Positions 53,282 to 64,000 of a stretch of DNA of 64,000 bases are shown here, in pieces. The stretch lies in the NCBI GenBank assembly GCA_053919585.1, contig CM132809.1, one strand, 5' to 3'. Position numbers and translations under genes: made by a program. The notes under the pieces were generated by a model. It saw only the letters and a program-made list of their open reading frames with translations. It searched no databases and was not told the DNA's origin. The first letter of the stretch is position 1; every line of letters begins with the position of its first letter. The stretch comes from Euprymna scolopes. Taxonomy: Eukaryota.

Positions 53282-54339
53282 ACGATTATAAGATGCAATA
53301 AAGACATAAGGGATATTGAGATTTGGGGAAACCTACACATGACTAAACAAAGTGAAATACAATTTTCCACTAACTGGGTAAAGANNNNNNNNNNNNNNNN
53401 NNNNNNNNNNNNNNNNNNNNNNNNNNNNNNNNNNNNNNNNNNNNNNNNNNNNNNNNNNNNNNNNNNNNNNNNNNNNNNNNNNNNNNNNNNNNNNNNNNNN
53501 NNNNNNNNNNNNNNNNNNTACTAAAGTAATCTATTGGTCTAGCACGCAAATAATTCGAATGAAGTATGACTGTAAAGCGGTGAAGAATAAGAAAAAGGAC
53601 AAGATAATTGATCCCGGACGGTAACTAAGTACTCTAACTAGACGAATTTATAACGCAATACTCCAATAGTATAGAGAATTATACGCTCTTATGTACATGT
53701 GTGCATGTATATGATTTGGCAAACCTACATCTAATACGAAGCATATAAACCCAAGTAATATATTAATATTCTCGTATTGAGTAAAAGATAAACAATTCAA
53801 ATTAAAATATGACAACCCTCCAAATAAGTTTACGTATCGATATAAAATAGTTTCCGTCAGACATAATTTAATGAAAATTAAATAAACTTATAAAAAGGCG
53901 AAGAATAGAATAAATTAACCAAAAAATACAGCTTATCATTAAAATACACGAATAATGAATTTGTCAGCGAACAAACACTCATAAAAATCCTAGGATATGA
54001 AAGTAACAGCGATGAAAATCTAATATTACTACAGATAAAAGTGAACAATAAGGTCCATAATGGTTAAACAATACTAATACCGCTACGCTGCTACAACTGG
54101 ACTACATGCGATCGTACTCACCCAATTTTGTTTTCCAAAATTCTTACCCACTTATTTTCTACGACCTTTCTCTCGAAATTCCTATTGTTCACCTTCACAA
54201 AGTATACAAACAACTATCTTCCAGAGCGTTAACCATACCCGAACATCATATAAAACGAATGTAAACTTGACTCTCCTTTTGATATCGCGCCGGTTTTGGT
54301 AAAATTGAGTACTCTTTTCGAATTTGGATTTCCCTTAAA

Positions 54340-54470
54340 CATGTGCGCACAAAGGTAACTTATAATATGTGTATAATTTACAGACTTATTAATAGCCCTG
54401 TTCTCAATTGAGGACTCTTTAATAATCATGCGGATTTCGTTGGATTTACATCTAGTAAACCAATCAATAC
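54340..54470 (-). mobile_element. Possible Penelope GIY-YIG C-terminal scrap next to (TA)n
   Basis: NEIRMIIKESSIENRAINK resembles the RxIxESxxI...IN terminus. Confidence 0.25.
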
Positions 54471-54476
54471 AAATAC

Positions 54477-54478
<2 letters not shown>

Positions 54479-54541
<63 letters not shown>
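54479..54541. repeat. (TA)n microsatellite
   Basis: Direct reading. Confidence 0.97.
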
Positions 54542-54544
<3 letters not shown>

Positions 54545-56000
54545 TAATACGTGTTACGTTATGATTTTTATTATTCTAATGCGCATCTACTCACACCTTT
54601 ACCTCTTATTTGCATGAACCACTTGATTTATATTTTATTATCTTAAATTAATTATGTTGCAATATAAAACTTAAATCATATCGAGGGGAAATCTTAGTGA
54701 TGCCCACAAGTTTCTCCTTTATGTCTTCATTAACAAATATTGGCCTGAAGGGAATTATCTAACGTTCCTATGAAAATCATGTTGCTGTAAGGTAGCCCGA
54801 GGCAAAACCAGTTATCATCATATATAATCTTCTCCGGCTCATTTACTTTAAGTCGGTTCACATAAAGGGTGAAAGATCGATATTTCCTGACCGTTGTTGT
54901 GGATCTCATTGCATAACAGATTTATTACTGACGTTGTAGTAATCCTGTTATTACCAGTTAGTTAAAAATAGATTTTCCTTTTTCTGACGGGCGTCTTTTG
55001 TGCGATAAATATGCTATATAGAAGTGCCTACGTTCTAAACATGCATTCTCTAAGTAAACTTTTTGTAATTGTAAATTTCCATATACCTATAATAGTCAAG
55101 CTTGATTTGTCAATTATGCTTCCAGTTTTGTAAGTATATATTCCTCTTAAGATTGTGAATCTCTGAAAAATGTACACAGTTTTTGTAAGAAGCTTTAAAT
55201 AGCCAGGGGGAATATGTATAAATGTGCATCTAGGGTGGAATATACCAGTCTATTTTATGTGATAGTTGTATTTAAAATAATTATACCATTTATTGAAACA
55301 TCATAAAACAGTTTAGCAAGCGTTACTGTAAATGGTGATATTTTACGCTCTCTAGTTACTGTATATATATATTACTATGATTTGCCATCAATGACGCGGA
55401 ATATTCTATTCGTCTTCGGATAGATAGCTAATATCTAGTCGTTAAAGTACATTAGGAATCTTAGATGATCCGATTTAATTTCTATTTTTCTTATTGATTA
55501 AATATTTATGGAACTCAATGCACTCAAGTATGAAAATATAATATAAATAAAAATTTTACATGAATTATATTTTAATTTTACTAAAACCATCCTTACTTGT
55601 GTTAATCTTTATATTCTTATTCAGTTTTAAATATGATATAATATATTTTTATATAATCAATATCGATCAAGATTCTTAAACAGCTTCGAACTGAGGTTGT
55701 AAAATATATTTGTTTAATTAAAAATAACCAGATTAAATAAAACGTATACGAAGATTAGTTTCATTTTTAAAGTATTAGATAATTATATTTCGTAATGATT
55801 ACATACTATAAGATGTGATAAAAAATCAATTACACTTTAGAATCATTGAGAAAAATTTTGGTATCTTTGACGGAACATTGTAAAACCATTAAACGTATTA
55901 CTTCAAAGTTCACTTGAGTCCATATTAAATTATATCGCAGCTTACTTTAAATCAATATTCAGTCCAACGTGATATAACGCTGAATCGGACAAATACTCGC

Positions 56001-56062
<62 letters not shown>
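56001..56062. repeat. (CT)n(CA)n compound microsatellite
   Basis: Direct reading. Confidence 0.97.
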
Positions 56063-56065
<3 letters not shown>

Positions 56066-56539
56066 TGAATTATTAATCTATTTTTCAATTTTTTTTCATA
56101 ATTATTCAATTGTGAAAAACAAACTATGTCATCGTGTAAAGTAATATTATTTGTGGAGTAGTTTTCTAATAACACATTGTTAGTTTTAAAGCAAGAACAG
56201 TATTTTAACAACTATACATAAATGGAAACACACCTGGATTTATATTACCTTTCCTAGATATATATAGTAAGGTAATAGAAACTGGTATTTAGAGGCGATC
56301 TGCTCTAAAACAACTAGTTTCCAGTTTCGTGATTTTAACAACAGTAATATAACTCTCTAATACAGATTCAATAAAAAAAACAATGCTTAGAATACTCAAA
56401 ATAAGACGTAGGTATTCAGCTTTTTTACCAACCACGTATTGTTGCAGTATACGAAACGTATACAGGCATATAGTAATACACTATTGCATATATTTGCAGA
56501 GTGAAATATAAATATATCCAATGGGGAAACCTGTTCTTT

Positions 56540-59500
56540 AACTAGATATAGACCCTGAAGAGCCAGTAGGGATTCGAGAAAAATGGCCGAAGGCATTAAC
56601 CGGGCAAATATAGAAAGAGGTGCGAAAGTCTGGGTTAAAGCCGGAACTCGTGTTCACAAAACGCGTTGGTAAAGTACGTCAACCAAAAGAAAATTGTGAT
56701 TGCATCCAGCAAGGGTGATTCTGCCCCACTAGTGAAAAGGAGTGCTCGCCTTTCTCTAGGACCATATGACAGTAGAACACGTTGCTTATTTTTTGGAACT
56801 ATTACTAGGAAAAAGACTCAAAACAAAAAAGTGACGAAAAGAGTATTTATGTGAATATAATTGAATTTGTTCCAACTGTAATAGTCCATTTCAAAACCAA
56901 AGGTGGATGAGTAGGGCAATTCTCTTTAAAGTTGGCTTTAATATTTCAGTTGTGACCTTCGGGAAGGGCACTGTGTTTACTACAAGTCATGTATTGTTAA
57001 CATCTGTATAATGCGAAATATTCCAGGACAATTCCCGTCAGCTGAATCCACCAAACTACGTAAAAGTGGAAGACCAATGGACAGGGATCAGGATGAGGTA
57101 TTCGAGTCTGTTTGTGCCATTCGAGAGAAAAAACACGAAGAACAGCTTACAATATCGGCCCTTACCACTATTATGATAGAATACTTGCATCGTAGTAAAT
57201 CCACGGCGCAGAGAAATCAGCTGCTATGTCTATATAGAAGCTTTATACCCGTGAGTGACGGTCGTAGTTGCGTCAACAACTTTATTGCTATTTAGGGAAC
57301 CCCTCTGGCATTCCTCGTGAATACAAATATTCATTTCAAGTGAATAATAAAAAGCACAGAACAAGCAATTCTCCAAAACGCAGCTACACTTATCAAAATG
57401 TATGTTAAGACAACAATTAAATCAGTGGTGGATATGTATCCAACAACTGTAGTACTGAAACGAGCACCGGCATTAGATTTTATTCCAGCCAGTTTTCGCT
57501 TCTTTTTGCAACATTTGTTTGCTGGGACAAAAAAGGTCCAGAAAAATTGCTGGCATCGGGCAAGCAGTCGTTCCAGCAGTGTGCCAAGAACTGATATGAT
57601 GCCTCTACTGATTGGTGTCCTGTTGCAAATGCACAACATATAGATGACAATTATTGATTGATAGTCTTAAAACCTTAGTAGTTTCCTCATTATATCAAGT
57701 GGTAATTTTTTTTAATTGAACGCAACATTCTCACTTGCCCCGGACGTGTAACGCGGTGACATGTACATTCTTGGCCACTCCCTGTTGTTTGCAGTGAATC
57801 ATAACATTAAACATTGAATCGAAAGCGCGCCTTCCATGGAATGGGAATGATCGCATCCATCACCCCAAAAAAGCAAGTAAGTCATAGTATATCACGACAA
57901 AAATGTCCGACCTTTAACTTGTCGTAAAGGTGAAGATCTATATTAAAGATCATCGCTTTTTAAAGCATATCAACCGTTGCTTAGAATTTCTGTAAGTTCC
58001 ATGCACACCTGCTATCTGTGATCGCAATCTGGATATTATTTGGCAATGTATTCTCACTTCAAACTGACTACATCCAGTAAGGAAGGCATGATTGCATCTG
58101 CTACATAATGACTACAAATATCCGGGACAATATTCGTTATAATTTCTTCCAATGATAAACATGAACCTAGGAGATAAAACATGTATCCTGTCTACACTAG
58201 ATTACCTATGCAGTCTATCCGCAAAACACAACCTGTCAACTATTATATCTTTTGATCAACCGCTATTTTGGAAAGCATCTTAAGTAGTGATCGCTTTTAC
58301 AGATATTATTTAAATAAGGAATGTGATACTGTTGCTTGGCATTTTCCATACCTTTCATTGGTGTACTGAGTGCCATTCAGATTTTGATCGATGACATTGG
58401 ACTCAGGAAAATTATAGAGATAATGCTGCCGTACACATGATGAGCGGAAAAGCTATAAAGTGAGCATTTCGTTGCCAGCTGCTATTACATCAGTGCCTTA
58501 CCCAACCCAGAAGTATATCAAAAGTTCCCCTCCTGATGTTATGCAATCCAATACGTGGCTGCTCTTGGATCAGATCTTGTGATCGAGCAAGCGCTAATGT
58601 GCTCACTCAAAATCCAAGGCAGTGAGACACGAGCGAGTAGAATGTCATAGCACCAGAGAACAGTCATCGACTCAGTAATCTTTCTAAAACCTTGACGTGC
58701 AAGATCTTACCGAATCAAGTTATGCATCAAATCTAAACCAAAAGGAGTATTCTGTCTCTCAGTTAAAATGAGATGAGATAGATCTAGGAGAAGTTGCAGA
58801 AAAACAGAAACGTGTTACACCGTTTTCTGCTAAGGCATAGCTACGCAAAATCAGCACAGGAATTCATGGCAACGATGACGTCAATATACAGGACGACTAT
58901 TAAAATTGGAAGAGACATTGTTAAAAATGAACGGATAATCAGCCTTTTCATACTATCACAAACGGAGTCTGAATGCAAAAAAAAAACGAGCATCCAGCAA
59001 CAACGTGAAGTATCTGAAGATCGTTGCATCGACCCAGCACTCATGTATCAGGAGGTTCTCGTAGTCTCTCAGATGAGAACAAACGACAAACGACAACTTT
59101 CCGAAGCGATAAGAAAATATATCAAAGCAAAATCGGACAGTGCCTTGCAGCAAACCCTATCAGTTACAGAGCGCAGCATACTAGACGGAGGATCTCTTCT
59201 ACATGAAATGAAAGGAAGGTAGCACCAACAGTTCGACTGCAAACGAAGGTACTTCATTAACTCTCAAAAACTATGGAACGACGACTGTGATGTATGATTG
59301 TTATTGTGTTGGACCACACATACACCACTGTGCGCATCAGAGGTAAAGTCGACGGTTGAATGTAAAGAAGGTAAACATTACTGGGGGGAATATTTTCTGG
59401 GTAATATGACCATCTTTCGTTGAATGGAGCAAAGGAGAATGTGTATATGCAATTGGTCATGGAACGAATGAAGCAGACACGATATAATTTTATTTAAACA

Positions 59501-60290
59501 TGAGCAGAAGCTGACATTGAGTTGTAAAAACAACCATCAGTATGTCTGCAATCAGACCGACAAGCGTTATTAAAGAATACGCATATTGTTTTCTTCTCTG
59601 CCTGTTTCATACAGATTTTTCAAAATATAGTGCACTCTATTTTGGATCTGACATGTTAACAATCCTACGTCTATAATCGTAAGGTTCTCAAACAGGTATT
59701 TGGTGAAGCTGTGGTCACTGTCCTATTGTTTCTGTATGCCTTTACAGGATGTGATACGGTGTCCAGAATGTTCGGCATTGGAAAAGAACTTGAGGTTAAA
59801 ACTAATCATCAAAGGATAACAATACTGACAGACTGCTCCAAAGCGTTCTATCAACGAAAGTTAACGCAGGATGTATTGGGTAGCAATGGGTCTAAGGCAA
59901 TGAGGGCACTACTCAATGGAGATCCGAAGGACTGACTGGCGTCGATTTGATACAATATGCTATGCAAAAAGATTTCACGGGCAAAAATGTTCGTCACGAT
60001 ATAACGACATACTTTAAACGCTTCTGTCTGTAAATTTCATTCTCTGCAGACCTACTACCAGCTTATGGAGTGGATTGAATGTAGTGATGAAATGGCAACA
60101 TCTGCGCCCGGATGGGACGTAGTAAGAGAAAAACTTATTCCAGTAAAGACAGACAAAATCCTGCTCCTGATGAACTGATTCAGATGATTCGGTGCAACTG
60201 TTTGCCCTAATGTATACCTGACGAAAGCATGGACTAGAATATACAAGTGCAAGATAGTAACTGTGACAATGTAAAAAGTGCCCCAGTCTT
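56540..60290 (+). mobile_element. Decayed large transposon-like ORF: FDQPL/LGxFH region + FEN1/XPG-like PIN motifs + C-terminal CXC
   Basis: Intronless, colinear plus-strand motifs across frameshifts: GINRANIERG..VH, RCLFFG, DLREGHCVYYKSC, SGRP, FHGMGMIASITP (57832), FLPMIN..DKTCILSTL, FDQPLFWKA (58251), LLGIFH (58335), HMMSGKA (58434), SDLVIEQALM (58570), DGGSLLH (59184), VMYDCY, AEADI, FTGCDTVSRMFGIGK (59747), FHSLQTYYQ..W, PAPDELIQMIRCNC (60187), RKHGLEYT. Confidence 0.75.
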
Positions 60291-62729
60291 AGGTTATGAG
60301 GATGAGGAGAAAAAAGTGTAAACATCTTTAATAGTACATTATGTGTGGGGTATGGGCATCCATAGATATGGAATAAGTGATGATTCAACATCATTGGCAA
60401 TCCTTTCAGGTGACAGAATTATCGTCGAAACATAGATAAAATGCAACATTTATCGGGTTATCCTCAAAACTGGCCGTGTTAGAGAGTTAAAACGTAATGG
60501 AAAATAACTCGTAAAAAAATATTCAACTTCCAAATTATAATTCTCCCGATGCTCACATCTTGTCCAACTTTTAGTATGATGTATAGTCGACGCAACCTGA
60601 CAAAAAACTGCAAGAAAAACTAATTCTTACATCATTTTTAATATGTTTTCGTATTTTGGCTGGGCTAATACGAGCCAATGTATAAGGCACTTACTGATAG
60701 TCAAACTAAGTGGCGAATGCAATATATAATATATAATATATAATATATAAACATACGAACATATGTATAAAATATGAAATATGTAAACATACCAAAATAT
60801 GTACAAAAGAAATTAAAAGGAACTAAAACAAGCGCAATATATAAGAAGATCTGATTATATTAAAAAACTACTTGGCATATAAAAATATCAAAATACTTAA
60901 ACAATTATTTGTCAAATATACCCGAATAAATAAAGTGCGAGGAGAAATTTTGTGCATGCCACCAGCGAAACGGACAGATCGATTAATAAATATAACTCGT
61001 TTAGTGTTTCTGTAATAGTGTGCATTACTATTTGACATCAGTTACAATTTTGAATCCCCAACAAAATCTAAAAAAAATGGGAAATGTAATTATTTTTTAA
61101 ATTTATGATTATTTCATAATTCATATTAAACGCATATCACAAAGAAAATTGTTTAATAAATTGCATTCACACAAGTTTACTAAGATCTTCTTCGAGCTTA
61201 GTTTAATAGAATATACAGTTATATCTAAACTTTATTGGATCGGAATTTACGCTCTATATATGCATTTTTTGTGAAGTGATTTAAAATAATTTCCAAACCT
61301 TAAAATCCGGCGCATATTCTTGTTGTTATAATTTTATAACTAACGACTTACATGTAGTAAAATTTGCTACTAATTATGAAATCAGTATATTTAATACAAT
61401 GCATGCTAATTTTGTTTAGCTACAAAAATATTTTAATAATGACAGAGATACTCAATATCTATGCGAATATAAAGCAGTCTTATATTAGTAATATAATAGT
61501 GTTATTTACTACTTAAAATAGTTATTGGATAGTAATAACATTGCATAACTGTTTTCTCCAAACGGCGTAGTATAATTACCCCTAGAAAGTTTTTTTTTTC
61601 CAGATCAAAATATACATGGATATAACAGAACTAAGATGTAAAAGAAAACATGAGACTTACATTTTGGAGACAAGTTCACGCTGAGTTCACGCGGCAGCTG
61701 AACACGTTTAATTAAACGTGAGTCTGTTGCGGATGACGTCATTTAGAAATGATGACTACACTCTTGTGCTTATAAAGAAAAAGAGTATTCGCACACATAT
61801 CAGAATAAACTGACTACACAAGTAATGCTTGGAATTAGATTAGATTGTATATTTTTATCCGCGTATAGAAACATTTTAGCCACATCAATAATATACTTTT
61901 TAAGAGGATGTTTGCAGTATTATAATAAGGGTTTCTACTAGTGTCAGATAACATTTGCAAAATACATTGTTCGAGCTATTATTTTGTTAAATGAACAGTA
62001 CCATGCTCTGGGATGTAGACACTATTAAATATTAGTCATTATGTGAGAATTAGACTGAGTTTTTTTATGCCTCTCCATGTCTATCGAATTAAACACAACA
62101 ATGAACGTAACATGAAATAAAATATTACATATCAATACGGATACATCCCTCGATAAAACATTACATTCAAAATATTCAATTACAATTTAACTGAAGTATA
62201 CTATAAAAAAAAACATGATTAAGTCTGAAAATATAAGATCCCCATATCCTCGTTTACAAGATAAATAATAATATGAGTGTATAAAATATAACGAGTAAAG
62301 GTATACGCGTATGAATCACTAAATGAACTGCGATTGAGTTGTGACCTGTGTATGGTTTTGAAATAATATATAAGAAAGAAATCCATGCTGTGAAATAGAG
62401 ATCTAAATCAGTATTTACTTAGCAATATTAAATTTATATCAATTACACCGTTTCGATGTATTGTCCAATTTATTATTACTATTGTGATTATGAAATTTTG
62501 AAGTAACACTTTTACATATAACATATGGAATTCTTTATCTCGAATTATAGCAATGCATACATTCATTTTTCTACGTGAAAAATTATCACCGAAACTTAGG
62601 ACAAATCAAACATATAATTATTGCAGGAGGAATCGTGGTAAACATGAAGGTATCTTAATCAACGCTAAATAGAAGGAGAATTTATCAATACCCTTTTTGC
62701 TAATAGAGTGATCGCGTAAAGAGAAAACA

Positions 62730-63220
62730 ACGAGTACAAAAATCTCATCCAGGCTGATTTAAAAGACTGCAGTTCACACTGAAATATTGGGATGTCGTGG
62801 TTATGGTATAGGGTGTAATTTGCTATGAGGGTTCCTCAAAAAAGTGAAGTGCGAAAAAAAACATCAATTCTACTAAACATGTTTCAATATTACATGAGGG
62901 AAGGCTACCAATATTCTCAAGTGGTAAAATGAACCAAGTTCACTCTCTATTTATAAAAGATAGCCTCTGTTTAACTCTGCTTGAGGCAAACATTATTTGT
63001 TTAGCAAAAATAAATTAATAGATTAATACATTTCCATAGCAAATAATCTCCCTAGATATAAACCCGATGGGAAATTCTAGGGGCATACTTAATCTGAACG
63101 AAAAAAAGAAATGGAAACTATCTTTTAAGCCTAAGCTTTTAGGAATATTGCGCAAGACATCGCAAGAAATACCTTATAATTATATCCCTCAACTGATCAA
63201 TGGAATGTGTGAAGCATTAA
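62730..63220 (+). mobile_element. Tc1-like transposase C-terminal remnant
   Basis: TLKYWD.VMV*GVICYEG (TVKxGGxVMVWG), NSTKHVSIL, SLDINPMGNSRGIL (SPDINPIENLWGIL), LRKTSQEIPYNYIPQLINGM. Confidence 0.8.
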
Positions 63221-64000
63221 AAACATCAAAGAGTTTATCAACACAGAATCGGTGTTTAATTTGTAGCCATATATGTAATACTATAAATTATATGTTTATT
63301 GAAATAAATGTCTATTCATTTCTGTCATATCTGTGTACATTAAGGTTTAATACTAGTAGATTTATTCAATGTTCAAAAGACATGATCAATCATTATTTAT
63401 GTTCATATATACCAACAATATACCCGTGTCCATAGGAGAATGAGTGCAAGAGTAATTTGATTTTATTAGTACACACATTTTGTATACTCTCACTTTAAAT
63501 ATTCTTCACACTGTGCATTTTTATTATTAATTCATCGGTTTAATATTAATAAATAAGATATTTTTAATGGGAGGTTGCATATATTATTACAACAAAAGTA
63601 AAAAAAAAACGTGTTTTATAATTTATTTAAAACCTCGTTTTTTATGGTGTGCATATATAATTATAAAATCCTAATGCTCTTAAGGAATGCTTGTAACGTG
63701 TGGATTGTTTTGTTTATAGCAGGTTTTCTTATTGACTGTCAGCTGATTACGTAGGTGCAGATCTATCACATAAAATAGATAACCAAAGAAATATATTGTC
63801 GTTGTGATAAAAAGACAAAAAGGTATTTTGTTCAAGAAGATGATTCTGATAATCAAATAAGCCCGTTTTCATTTGAGAGTGTACGTCGGCGTTGATAACA
63901 GTAATCCTGTATATAATATGTTCGGATTTTTTATAACAACAATATAGATCCTCAGTAAAAGGTGCTTACAAGCATCGTCCATTAACATCTAGTTCCATCC

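Noticed and set aside
2193-53518. The eight exon-sized N blocks (2193-2367, 5547-5693, 8073-8233, 23228-23364, 26414-26635, 45459-45648, 46963-47105, 53385-53518) as hidden exons of a host gene
   Set aside because: The flanks show no consistent AG/GT (or AC/CT) splice signals. Several abut TA or inverted repeats, so assembly gaps are more likely. Their content cannot be seen.
22-56211. ORFs containing YIYIYI, CVCVC or X runs
   Set aside because: Artefacts of microsatellites and N gaps, which lack stop codons.
62823-62845. TA-TGAGGG mariner-like TIR
   Set aside because: It falls inside the Tc1 coding motif VMVxGVICYEG, so it is coding sequence rather than a terminus.

Overview
AT-rich, repeat-dense eukaryotic (invertebrate-like) genomic DNA with eight short N gaps and many (TA)n tracts. 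I found no intact host protein-coding gene, and most of the ORF track is microsatellite or gap artefact. The window is mostly decayed, nested transposons. It holds three CR1-Zenon-like LINEs (28080-30500, 36620-38270, 47200-50860). A tRNA-derived SINE (39327-39598) has a 3' half homologous to the 3' end of the first LINE. A Gypsy pol is split in two by that LINE (27060-28060 and 30500-31730), and a second Gypsy integrase lies at 11640-12545. An LTR element with a baculovirus-F-like env but no visible pol spans 12583-~17750. There are several Penelope-like GIY-YIG fragments with hammerhead-ribozyme-like motifs, a non-autonomous Helitron (39776-40701), two Tc1 transposase remnants and a 26-bp minisatellite. 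The most intriguing item is a ~3.8 kb decayed copy (56540-60290) of a large, poorly characterised transposon-like protein that combines FDQPL/LGxFH motifs, a FEN1/XPG-like PIN motif set and a C-terminal CXC domain. All family assignments come from hand translation and remembered motifs, not database searches.
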